This document shows positions 25,904-34,234 of a stretch of DNA of 64,000 nt, one piece after another. This stretch comes from a virus: positions 1-64,000 of IMG/VR virus record IMGVR_UViG_3300011258_001374. The stretch is one strand, 5' to 3'. Positions within the stretch are counted from its first letter, which is position 1, and each line of letters begins with the position of its first letter. The notes beneath the pieces were generated by a model. The model had not been told where the DNA came from. It did no database searches and was given only the letters and a program-made list of their open reading frames with translations. The position numbers were made by a program, and so were the translations under genes.

Positions 25904-26455
25904 CTAGGGTCGGTCGGCTTCGCAGGCGTTCCGCCCCTTGGGCGTAATTGCACCGTTCTTGCGCATGAGACCGAGCGGCACCAGAGAGTCCCGCGTGGGC
26001 TGATAGTCCTCAATCGGGAACCGTCGCGCCCACTCATCCTTCCGCGCTCCGCTCTTATACATCGCCGTTATGCTAAGCGCGTAGGTTTGAGCGACCGTCA
26101 ATTCGGGCACCGCTTCCGCTGCTTTAGTGGCGTGGCGCTCGAATTGATCCGCCTGCAGGTAGACCGTAGGCGGTAGGCGCTTTCCCCGGAACGTGGGCCA
26201 GTTCACCAGATACGCGATCGGGTTGCCGTCGACTTGCACATCGGCCGACTGTCCGCCGAATTGGGGCGCGCCCGTGTGCGGCGGTAGCTCTACCGGTTGC
26301 CCGCATGAATCGAACGCGCCGAAACTGTCTTTTGATCCGCCAGACCAGTAGCTAGAAATCACGATCAGTTTTGCCGGTCGGATGCTATAGCTTTTCTCCT
26401 TTACGATCGAATCGAGTAGGGGGATATCGCCTTTAGAGAGTGTGACCTTGTGCAT
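25904..26455 (-). CDS. hypothetical protein with degenerate PP-loop-like motif
   Basis: LIVISSYWSGGSKDSFGAF resembles the SGGxDS PP-loop of PAPS-reductase/QueC-type ATP pyrophosphatases; 183 aa; weak. Confidence 0.4.
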   Translation of the reverse strand: MHKVTLSKGDIPLLDSIVKEKSYSIRPAKLIVISSYWSGGSKDSFGAFDSCGQPVELPPHTGAPQFGGQSADVQVDGNPIAYLVNWPTFRGKRLPPTVYLQADQFERHATKAAEAVPELTVAQTYALSITAMYKSGARKDEWARRFPIEDYQPTRDSLVPLGLMRKNGAITPKGRNACEADRP

Positions 26456-26467
26456 GATAGTTGCTCC

Positions 26468-26542
26468 TTAGCTGCGCAGCGCGCCGAGTCCGAGACAGAT
26501 TGCACTAACATACGAGATAAGTAGCGCGGCTTCATAAATCAT
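26468..26542 (-). CDS. 24 aa hydrophobic peptide
   Basis: MIYEAALLISYVSAICLGLGALRS preceded by AGGAGCAAAC and the conserved element. Confidence 0.25.
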   Translation of the reverse strand: MIYEAALLISYVSAICLGLGALRS

Positions 26543-26547
26543 TTTTT

Positions 26548-26632
26548 GTTTGCTCCTGGGCTTGATTGCCCGCCCTATATGATTCTTATCGGTCGATGCG
26601 CCGCGGGCTTGAGCGTTATTCGTCCGAATCGA
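26548..26632 (-). promoter_or_regulatory. conserved promoter-like element, copy B
   Basis: Minus strand CGATAAGAATCATATAGGGCGGGCAATCAAGCCCAGGAGCAAAC; shares GGGCAATCAAGCCCAG(A)GGAGCAAAC with copy C. Confidence 0.4.
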
Positions 26633-26921
26633 GAGAAAAAGACTTGCACACGTCTTGCGAGTGGTGCGCGTATACGGTGGCGTCCGCGTACGCTTGCGCG
26701 CGGTTGTAGTCGCCGCGATACCATCCCCACTCAGACCATTCGAAACCATCGCCTAGCGCAATCTCGTGCGCGCACGACTCGCAAACCGTCAAGGGATAGA
26801 AACGGATCGAAAGGCTATCAGGCGCCAGAACGCCGGCGATTCGATTAGTGGGGCTCGCGGTCCGCGTTTCTAGAATCAGCTGCTCTAGTCGTTGCATATC
26901 GTTTGCTCCCTTATCGTCCAC
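26616..26921 (-). CDS. hypothetical protein
   Basis: 101 aa ORF. Confidence 0.3.
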   Translation of the reverse strand: MDDKGANDMQRLEQLILETRTASPTNRIAGVLAPDSLSIRFYPLTVCESCAHEIALGDGFEWSEWGWYRGDYNRAQAYADATVYAHHSQDVCKSFSLDSDE

Positions 26922-27031
26922 ACCCGGGGCACCGAATTTTGTCGGTTACGGGGTGACTGCAGTTCGGGCACTTGGTAGCGGCGGTTTGTTTGTTGATCAT
27001 ATTAAGCTTATCGGCCGCGACCGCGAGACCT

Positions 27032-27742
27032 TTAGTCTAATTTGTCGCCGTAGGTCGGATTTTCGTACAACTCGAGAGTTGCCGCAAACTTGCCGGCTTC
27101 GGTGTCAATGTCGACGATGAATCGGCCGCTGCCCATATCTTGCGCCTCCGTTGCCGCTTCTTTCGAGGCTTCGGCGATGCGTTCGAATAACGTTCGCGCT
27201 TCCCAATGGTTGCCGTTGAATCGTTCATACGCGTTTGCGTATCCTTCGCACAACAAATGCACAAACCATTCTCGGCCGCGAGCGAAACTAGCGAGAGAGT
27301 CGCGCTCCTCTGAATCGTCTCTATGTTCCGCGATGGCTTGCCGAATTCCAGCGCGCACGATATCCCGAAACAGAGGGGCCATACCATGCGGGTCGGTTTC
27401 ATCCGTGGGCGATTTGTCGCCGATCGCGTCCCCGGCATAAGCGAACGCGCGATAGAGTTCGATGAAATCGCTAGCTATGTTTTCGCTCGGGTCCGAGTTG
27501 CCGCGATTTTGTCCCGAAAACCACCCCGATTCCCCGCGAATGAAGTAGACCGCGCCTAGCGCTCGCGTTTCGTTTTCTAGGTCCCCATCTGATTCGTGGG
27601 CTTCATGCTCTAGCGCGTCGTGCGCGACTCCGTCACCGATAAAGGCGTAAGGGTCCTCGACTCCGTCAAGCCATGCCGGGAGCCATCCATCCTCGCCCGT
27701 GTTTTCGTCCGTGCCCCAAGTGAATTCGCGTTGGTATCGCAT
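27032..27742 (-). CDS. highly acidic hypothetical protein (DNA-mimic candidate)
   Basis: 236 aa, very D/E-rich throughout; preceded by the conserved element and RBS. Confidence 0.4.
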   Translation of the reverse strand: MRYQREFTWGTDENTGEDGWLPAWLDGVEDPYAFIGDGVAHDALEHEAHESDGDLENETRALGAVYFIRGESGWFSGQNRGNSDPSENIASDFIELYRAFAYAGDAIGDKSPTDETDPHGMAPLFRDIVRAGIRQAIAEHRDDSEERDSLASFARGREWFVHLLCEGYANAYERFNGNHWEARTLFERIAEASKEAATEAQDMGSGRFIVDIDTEAGKFAATLELYENPTYGDKLD

Positions 27743-27790
27743 TTCGTTTGCTCCTCTGGGCTTGATTGCCCTTCTAACGGCCTAACCCCG
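27743..27790 (-). promoter_or_regulatory. conserved promoter-like element, copy C
   Basis: Minus strand GGGCAATCAAGCCCAGAGGAGCAAACGAAATG immediately upstream of gene 27742. Confidence 0.4.
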
Positions 27791-27842
27791 CTCACCGGTG
27801 AGGGTGGCGGGGCGTCGGCTTTTAGTACCTCGGAAGGGAGGT

Positions 27843-27974
27843 TTAGTTGATTTCCGCAAGCATCGTCGCCGAGGCTCGGTTGAGGCTCGAATCGGTGAGC
27901 GGGGCGAGGTCGATAGAGTTGATTGCGGAGAAGAGAGCGAAGGCGGTGAGGGCGAGGGCGGCAAGCTTGATCAT
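27843..27974 (-). CDS. 43 aa small secreted/membrane peptide
   Basis: MIKLAALALTAFALFSAINS signal-like; GAGGAG RBS; below the ORF-track cutoff. Confidence 0.25.
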   Translation of the reverse strand: MIKLAALALTAFALFSAINSIDLAPLTDSSLNRASATMLAEIN

Positions 27975-27977
27975 TTT

Positions 27978-28070
27978 TGTTTCTCCTCGGCGGGGCTTGT
28001 TTCGTCCGCCTTATATAATACTTATCGGCGGGGGCGTTGGGATCTTAAGCGGTTATTTTGTTATTTGTTG
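27978..28070 (-). promoter_or_regulatory. conserved promoter-like element, copy D
   Basis: Minus strand CGATAAGTATTATATAAGG plus the shared 45 nt block CTTAAGCGGTTATTTTGTTATTT. Confidence 0.4.
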
Positions 28071-28073
28071 TTT

Positions 28074-28331
28074 TTATTTTGGATTGTCGAGCGCGTCCGC
28101 GAGAGTCCGAACCAACGCTATCGAAATCACCCATTCGCCTCGCTGCTCTTCGGTGTACCCGCCATCGGTGAGAGCGCGCGCCGCGAGTTCGGCCACGAGT
28201 TCAAGGTCCCGCGGGGTGGGAATCGGGAGCGCTGGCGGAATCAAGCCCAGATAGGCTAGAAAGCGCGCGAGCGGGTTGGAGTAGTGAACGTCGGCGGTGA
28301 TTCGGATGACGCGCTCGGTTGCGGTCGGCAT
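28074..28331 (-). CDS. hypothetical protein
   Basis: 85 aa; first gene of the leftward block. Confidence 0.3.
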   Translation of the reverse strand: MPTATERVIRITADVHYSNPLARFLAYLGLIPPALPIPTPRDLELVAELAARALTDGGYTEEQRGEWVISIALVRTLADALDNPK

Positions 28332-28923
28332 GGATTCGGGCTCCCTTGGGGGTGTTTTTACATGAAACGTGAATGACGCTGAGTCATAAAACGGCTTTCC
28401 GCTTTCCTAGCTCGCGTTCGATTGAATAGGTGTGCAGGGACCATGCCAGAGCGAGTTGCGCTCGAAATGCACGGTCGATGCCTGAAATGCGTTGGGGATA
28501 CACTACAGAGTGGGGTGGGTTGCGCTTTGGGCGGTGATTCCCTCCGGATGGTGCCGCAAATTGCGGCTCGAGTGACAAATTACGTCTTTTCCCTCTGGGG
28601 TTACCGGGTAAGGCGCGCTAGGGGAGTATTTAGGCGATCCGCTAAGTGTCCGAGATACAAGGGGAATCGGGCAAAAACACGGGTAATCGGGTGAACCGGT
28701 AAGGTTTTAATTCGGTGGTGTGGGGAGGTGGGGCGGCCGGCGGCGGTTGGTGTTTTACTCTATTACTCTCTTTTAAATTTACTAGAGTTAATATAGTTAG
28801 TTGATAACCTCAATGAATTCGACGGGTTGGGTGGTTGGGTAGTGACTCTGGTAAATGGTTAGCGGATCAACATTTGCTTTTGAGTTGCTTGTCTAATCTC
28901 CCGCCTGGGCGTAGTGTCGCGGG
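28332..28923. promoter_or_regulatory. divergent early/late control region
   Basis: About 590 bp non-coding between leftward early genes and rightward terS; perfect palindrome CCGCAAATTGCGG near 28553-28565 and an AT-rich tract at 28750-28840. Confidence 0.45.
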
Positions 28924-29535
28924 ATGGAAGAAGACGAATCAGAGCGAGCGGCGGTTGAGCGCGTTGAAACGGTCCGAGGGTTAGAAGCGATCGAGCGGTC
29001 CCGTGACGCATCCGCGGACTACCACCCGGCCACATTCACGGCGCCGGACCGAGCGGCCTACCTCAATGAAATCGAAACCCACGGGGGACTAGCTCGCGCG
29101 GCCGATGTCGCGGGGTGCTCGACCACTGTTGCCCGGACCTACGCGGCGCGCGTCCCTGAATTCGGGGCCGCGGTCCGTGACGCGCTCACCCGCTACCGCG
29201 ATTCGCTGACGGCGGAGGCTACCCGGCGCGCAGTCGAAGGCGTGGCCGTCGATCGGTTCAATCGGGAGGGCGAGCCCGTTGGGGCGGTGATTCAGTACAG
29301 CGACGGCCTCCTAGGAAAGCTCCTTGATCGGGGAGACCGAATTATCGGCGATCTTCCGCAAGAACGGGGCCAAGGCGTAGGCGCTTTAGACGCAACTCTC
29401 GTTTCGAAGCTTTCTCCCGAGGGACGAAGCGCGCTGCGCATTGTTCTCTCAGAGCTTGCCGGTTTGGTGCCTAACGAAAGTGACCTGAAGAAGGAAGGAA
29501 TCTCTAGTGCAATCGATGTGCAGGCGCAGGCCTGA
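28924..29535 (+). CDS. terminase small subunit (HTH-containing)
   Basis: 203 aa, first gene of the rightward late block, upstream of TerL; HTH-like GGLARAADVAGCSTTVARTY. Confidence 0.5.
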   Translation: MEEDESERAAVERVETVRGLEAIERSRDASADYHPATFTAPDRAAYLNEIETHGGLARAADVAGCSTTVARTYAARVPEFGAAVRDALTRYRDSLTAEATRRAVEGVAVDRFNREGEPVGAVIQYSDGLLGKLLDRGDRIIGDLPQERGQGVGALDATLVSKLSPEGRSALRIVLSELAGLVPNESDLKKEGISSAIDVQAQA

Positions 29536-30132
29536 TGTGCAAGTTCCGGAACCTGCTAGAAGGGGGTGTGCAGAAGGGGGGTCTCTATAGGGGGCCTCTG
29601 GAGAGGGCACCTCTGAGGAAGGGGGTGTGCAGAAGGGGGGTTGTATAGGGGGGTTGTATAGGGGCATGCATGTAGCGCCCCACTAGCACCCCGCATGCAA
29701 CTAACCCCATGGTAGGCACCTTCTAGCATCTTCTAGCAACTAACGTGTGCCAGCATGCACGCACACAGCAGGGGACAGGCAGTACATAGGCAACCATGAG
29801 CAATGCATGTGTAGTATGTATGCAGGGTGTATGCAGGGCACATGCAAAACAAGCAACTGTGAGGCAGCACGTATGCATGTACATGCATACACTAAGCAAC
29901 TAATAAGCAATATAAGCAACACATATGCAGTGTTAGTGTGTTATGTATGCATGTAGTAAGCAAGTATAAGCATATGCTATGCAACACATGTGCAACTAAC
30001 AAGCAGTAAAGCGGAAATTGCTAGAAAGTTGCACCCAGACTGCCTATTTGCAGTACGCCAATCGACACGACCATGCTACAAAATGAATCGCCAAAATTTC
30101 ACAAAAAATTCTCCCAAACCGAGGCGCCGTAT
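29536..30132. repeat. low-GC non-coding repeat region (ATGCA palindromes, GCAACTAAC iterons, G-rich direct repeats)
   Basis: Direct repeats GGGGGTGTGCAGAAGGGGGG x2 and GGTTGTATAGGGG x2; more than 15 ATGCA/TGCAT; 8 or more AAGCAAC; GCAACTAAC x3; GC content far below the flanking ~60%. Confidence 0.7.
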
Positions 30133-30579
30133 ATGACCCCCGCAAGACCGCTCGACCCAGAGACACCGATGACCAACGAAGGACTCGAGACCTTCTGGAA
30201 CAACCAGCTGATCGTGATCAAGCCGCCCGCGCCGGCAGAGTACATGTCCGTCGACTGGCCGATCCTGATGTGGCACGACGTGTCCCCAAAGCTGAAGTTT
30301 CTCGTCGTGACCTCCAGCCAAGAACTCGCGAACCGCTACTCCCACCTAACATGTGGGATGGAAAAGCCCTGCGAGACGAAGCACCACACGCGCGAGGTGG
30401 TAGGAAACGTTTCCGGCGGGGAAATCGTGTTTTCAACTTTTGGCTCCGCCACAATGGGGAGACGGTTTGACTTCGTCCTGGTATCTGATCCGAAGGGGTC
30501 GCAGGGCGACGAGGCCCAGGTGCTACGATGGTTGCATGAAGCGGTGCGCTGCCGCCTACAGAAACCGACGACGCTCTGA
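30133..30579 (+). CDS. hypothetical protein
   Basis: 148 aa from ATG 30133 with RBS GAGGCG; coupled to the next small ORF (ATGA). Confidence 0.35.
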   Translation: MTPARPLDPETPMTNEGLETFWNNQLIVIKPPAPAEYMSVDWPILMWHDVSPKLKFLVVTSSQELANRYSHLTCGMEKPCETKHHTREVVGNVSGGEIVFSTFGSATMGRRFDFVLVSDPKGSQGDEAQVLRWLHEAVRCRLQKPTTL

Positions 30580-30752
30580 TGGCTGCGAGATTCTGCATTG
30601 TCGGAGACGGCGACGGACATTCGTTCTTGATCCCGGCGGAGCGCCGCGGAGACTGGACGCTAGACGAGGGGGATGAAGAGGAAGTGCCCACCTGGGCGAA
30701 ACCGATTGATGGCCCGCATCGGCTAACATTCACGGATCCGAAAGAAGAATAG
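30579..30752 (+). CDS. 57 aa acidic small protein
   Basis: MAARFCIVGDGDGHSFLIP...; its TAG overlaps the TerL GTG start. Confidence 0.3.
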   Translation: MAARFCIVGDGDGHSFLIPAERRGDWTLDEGDEEEVPTWAKPIDGPHRLTFTDPKEE

Positions 30753-32416
30753 TGGAAAACCTCGAACTCCTCATCCCGCTGCTCCGCGATCCCTCGCACA
30801 CCCAACGCGAGCTGGACAAGGCCGAAGCTGCGTCTTCGCTCCTGGAGTTCATGAAGGCGGGGTGGCACGCGCTCGAGCCCCAGGCGCAGTTCGTCTACGG
30901 TTGGGCTGTCGAAGCGATTTGCGAACACCTCCAAGCGGTCACCGACGGTGAGGTCAAGCGCCTGCTGATCAACGTGCCTCCTGGGTGTACCAAGTCGATG
31001 ACGACTAGCGTTTTCTGGCCGATGTTCGAGTGGGGGCCGGCGCGCATGCCGACCTATCGGTACATCACCTGCGCGTACGATCAGGCCCTGCCGATCCGCG
31101 ATCACATCCGTTCACGCGATCTCGCACTCAGCGAGTGGTATCAGGAGAACTGGGGCGATCTGTGGCAGTTCAAGGGTGATCAAAATGCGAAGGTTCGTTA
31201 CGAGAACGATCTCACTGGTTGGCGACAAGCTTCGTCTACTGGCAGTGGACTTACTGGCCATCGTGGCGATCGCATCATTCTTGATGATCCTCATGCTGTG
31301 CGAGATTTGGAGTCCGAGGTTGTCCGCGAAGACGCTCTACGATGGTTTGCCGAGACGCTTCCGACGCGCCTTAACCAACCTGCTATCTCGTCGATCGTTG
31401 TGATCATGCAGCGCATCCACGAACGAGATGTTAGTGGCCTGATCCTCTCGAAGGAGCTGGATTACGAGCACCTCTGCCTTCCGATGGAGTTCGAGAAGAT
31501 CACCCGATCGTTCTCCAGCGTTCCGCGCAAGGATGTCGCGCCCGAACGTCGCTGCCGCTTCATCGCCGAGGGCATGGCGCTGCCGGAATGGCTGACCGAA
31601 GAGGAGCTGGTCGAACGCCGCAACCAGCCGGACGGATCCGAGCTGACGCGCGTGCCCGAATCCTGGGCTCCCGAGTTCAAGCTGGTCTGGTGTCAAGATC
31701 GCCGGACCGAAGAGGGCGAGCTGCTCTGGCCCGAACGATTCACGAAAACTTCCGTCGAAGAGCTGAAGGAGGCGTTCCGATCCTGGGGCGGCTCGTACGC
31801 TGAAGCTGGACAGCTGCAACAGCGGCCGGCGCCCCGCGGTGGTGGTGCATTCCAGCGGAGCGACTTCCGGTATCTGGATATCGCGCCGCAATGTCGTGAG
31901 ATCGTTCGCGGCTGGGACTTCGCCGGCTCGGAGCGAAAAAAGAGCCCGTATACGGTCGGACTGAAGCTCGGCCGGTTCAAGGGCGGTTTCGTCATCCTGG
32001 ATGTCCTGCGGGAGAAGCTCAGCCCGTTCGCGGTGGAGGAGGCGCTCATCAACACGGCGGACGCCGACGGCTACTCGGTGATGGTCGATATCCCGCAAGA
32101 CCCCGGACAGGCAGGGAAATTCCAGAAGTCGGCGTTCATCGACAAGCTCGCGGGGCACGACGCGCACTCGAGCCCAGAGTCGGGATCGAAGGAGCAGCGC
32201 GCTCGCGGAGTCATGGCGCAGTGCGAGGCCGGGAATCTGTATTTGGTGCGCGCTCCCTGGAACGACTCGCTCGTCAATGAGCTATGCTTGTTTCCCAACG
32301 GAGAGTTCAAGGATCAGGCCGATGCGCTGTCCCGCGCCTTCATGCGTTTGACGATGCAGAAGACTGCGGTCGTTGGCTCGGCACCGATGATTATCCCGCT
32401 GAATCGAGGGCATTGA
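30752..32416 (+). CDS. terminase large subunit
   Basis: 554 aa; P-loop-like INVPPGCTKSM, Walker B-like DRIILDDPHAV, acidic nuclease-half residues; position between terS and portal; GTG start. Confidence 0.75.
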   Translation: MENLELLIPLLRDPSHTQRELDKAEAASSLLEFMKAGWHALEPQAQFVYGWAVEAICEHLQAVTDGEVKRLLINVPPGCTKSMTTSVFWPMFEWGPARMPTYRYITCAYDQALPIRDHIRSRDLALSEWYQENWGDLWQFKGDQNAKVRYENDLTGWRQASSTGSGLTGHRGDRIILDDPHAVRDLESEVVREDALRWFAETLPTRLNQPAISSIVVIMQRIHERDVSGLILSKELDYEHLCLPMEFEKITRSFSSVPRKDVAPERRCRFIAEGMALPEWLTEEELVERRNQPDGSELTRVPESWAPEFKLVWCQDRRTEEGELLWPERFTKTSVEELKEAFRSWGGSYAEAGQLQQRPAPRGGGAFQRSDFRYLDIAPQCREIVRGWDFAGSERKKSPYTVGLKLGRFKGGFVILDVLREKLSPFAVEEALINTADADGYSVMVDIPQDPGQAGKFQKSAFIDKLAGHDAHSSPESGSKEQRARGVMAQCEAGNLYLVRAPWNDSLVNELCLFPNGEFKDQADALSRAFMRLTMQKTAVVGSAPMIIPLNRGH

Positions 32417-33846
32417 TGGCAGTTGAATTTCTAAGCGGGGCACGAGCGCCGCGCGAGGTCTCTCGAACAGAGAATCCCGCACCGACCGGCATTCGCGGCA
32501 CCTCCGGCGTCCGAATCGTCGGCGGCTACGTTCAGCAGGACGAAAAGAACGCGAAGCTCCTCGGTCGCCAACGTTATGTGACCTGGGCGGACATGATCGC
32601 GAATACGTCGATCATCGCGGCCGGCGCGCGCTACTACCTCAACCTTCTGGCGAAGGCGAGCTGGACTCTGGATCCCGCGGACGATTCCGCCGAGGCCGAG
32701 CGACTCGCAGAGCGAACTTTCGAGATCATCCATGGAATGCGGCGGCCCTGGTCACGCGTTGTCCGAACCGCAGGCATGTACCGCTTCTTCGGGTTCAGCG
32801 TGCAGGAATGGACGGCTCGTCGGGAAGAGGACGGGACCTTCGGGCTCCTGGACATTGCCGCTCGTCCGCAGAACACGATCGAGCAGTGGGACACCGAGGC
32901 CGACGGCAACGTGGTCGGCTGCGTGCAGAAGAACCCGAATAACTTCGAGTTCACCTACCTCCCGCGCGCGAAGACAGTCTACGTCGTCGACGATGCGCTT
33001 TCGGACACACCGGAAGGCCTTGGGATCTTGCGCCAGCTGACGAAGCCCGCGGAAACGCTCGCTGAGTTGCAGCGCCTCGAGACCTACGGCTACGAGATGG
33101 ATCTCCAGGGTGTTCCGATCATCCGCGCGCCCCTCGCGCAGATTCAACAGAACGTGACCGACGGAAAGATCACCGAGGAGCAGGCTGCGGCTTCGACCTC
33201 CGCTTTGATCGGGTTCCTGACGAACCACGCGCGGCGCCCCGACTCTGGGCTCATGATCGATTCGGCTGTCTACACAGGCACTGGCGAACAGCAGACCCCG
33301 ACGGCGAATCGACAGTGGGACATGGAAACGATGACCTCGGGCTCGGCGGACTCCGCGGTTGCTGTCGCGACGGCGATCGAACGGCTGAACCGAGAGATGG
33401 CGCGGATCATGGGCGTCGAAGAATTGATGCTTGGATCGGACGGCGCGGGCTCGTTCGCGATGTCGAAGCAGAAGAGCGACAACTTCGCGCTCATGGTGGA
33501 CAGCTCGCTGTCGGAAATCCGATGGGCGATGCAGAACGACGTCGTGAAGACGATCTTCCGCATCAACGGCTGGAACATGGCGCTGATGCCGAAGTTCCGC
33601 ACCGAACAGATCGCGTTCCAGGATGTGGTCAACATTACGACCGCCCTTCGTGAAATGAGCGCGGCCGGCGCGATGCTGGCCCCTGATGATCCGGCGATCA
33701 ACGAAGTTCGAGCGATCATGGGTCTGTCTCCGCAAAAGGAGATCGATCTCAACGCGCTTGTTAGTTTGATGGCAAGCAACGACCCCAACGACGACATGAC
33801 TGACGACAACGCGTCAGGCGGAGGCAACAACAATGGCGATGAGTGA
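32416..33846 (+). CDS. portal protein
   Basis: 476 aa from ATG overlapping the TerL stop (TGATG); acidic C-terminus; position/size typical of portal preceding the MuF-like gene. Confidence 0.6.
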   Translation: MAVEFLSGARAPREVSRTENPAPTGIRGTSGVRIVGGYVQQDEKNAKLLGRQRYVTWADMIANTSIIAAGARYYLNLLAKASWTLDPADDSAEAERLAERTFEIIHGMRRPWSRVVRTAGMYRFFGFSVQEWTARREEDGTFGLLDIAARPQNTIEQWDTEADGNVVGCVQKNPNNFEFTYLPRAKTVYVVDDALSDTPEGLGILRQLTKPAETLAELQRLETYGYEMDLQGVPIIRAPLAQIQQNVTDGKITEEQAAASTSALIGFLTNHARRPDSGLMIDSAVYTGTGEQQTPTANRQWDMETMTSGSADSAVAVATAIERLNREMARIMGVEELMLGSDGAGSFAMSKQKSDNFALMVDSSLSEIRWAMQNDVVKTIFRINGWNMALMPKFRTEQIAFQDVVNITTALREMSAAGAMLAPDDPAINEVRAIMGLSPQKEIDLNALVSLMASNDPNDDMTDDNASGGGNNNGDE

Positions 33847-34225
33847 CTTCCTGGAAGACACGATTCTTGAAATGGTTCTGAACTCGGTGGCCTACTCCGA
33901 ACCGGCGTCGGTGTTCATCGCGCTCTTCACGGCTGCGCCCAGTGACGCGGGCGGCGGAACCGAGGTGACCGGCGGCTCGTACGCGCGCCAGCAGCTGACG
34001 GCTGGCTTCACGGTCGCAGGCACAGCGACTCGAGCAAGCAACACAGCGGCAATCACGTTCCCACAGGCCACCGCGGCTTGGGGGACGGTCACGCACATCG
34101 GGATCTTCGACGCGGTCTCCGGCGGCAACCTGCTTTTCCACGGCGCGCTCACGACCAGTAAGGTCGTCGGCGACACGGATCAGCTCGAATTCCCCGCTGA
34201 CAGCCTGGGCGTCACTCTCGCGTAA
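33833..34225 (+). CDS. hypothetical structural-module protein
   Basis: 130 aa, Gly/Ala/Thr-rich. Confidence 0.35.
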   Translation: MAMSDFLEDTILEMVLNSVAYSEPASVFIALFTAAPSDAGGGTEVTGGSYARQQLTAGFTVAGTATRASNTAAITFPQATAAWGTVTHIGIFDAVSGGNLLFHGALTTSKVVGDTDQLEFPADSLGVTLA

Positions 34226-34234
34226 GGAGTTCGC

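Noticed and set aside
29740-29956. Cys/His/Met-rich ORFs on both strands (60 and 69 aa) inside the repeat island
   Set aside because: Produced by ATGCA/TGCAT repeats (ATG-CAT codon runs); no RBS, mirror-image on both strands; the region is better explained as non-coding.
29536-30132. Possible CRISPR array
   Set aside because: Repeats are heterogeneous in sequence and spacing with no constant-length unique spacers and no cas genes; iteron/pac-like instead.
31337-33735. Large minus-strand ORFs (276 aa at 31337-32167, 327 aa at 32752-33735)
   Set aside because: Antisense to terminase large subunit and portal; Arg/Leu-rich shadow ORFs.
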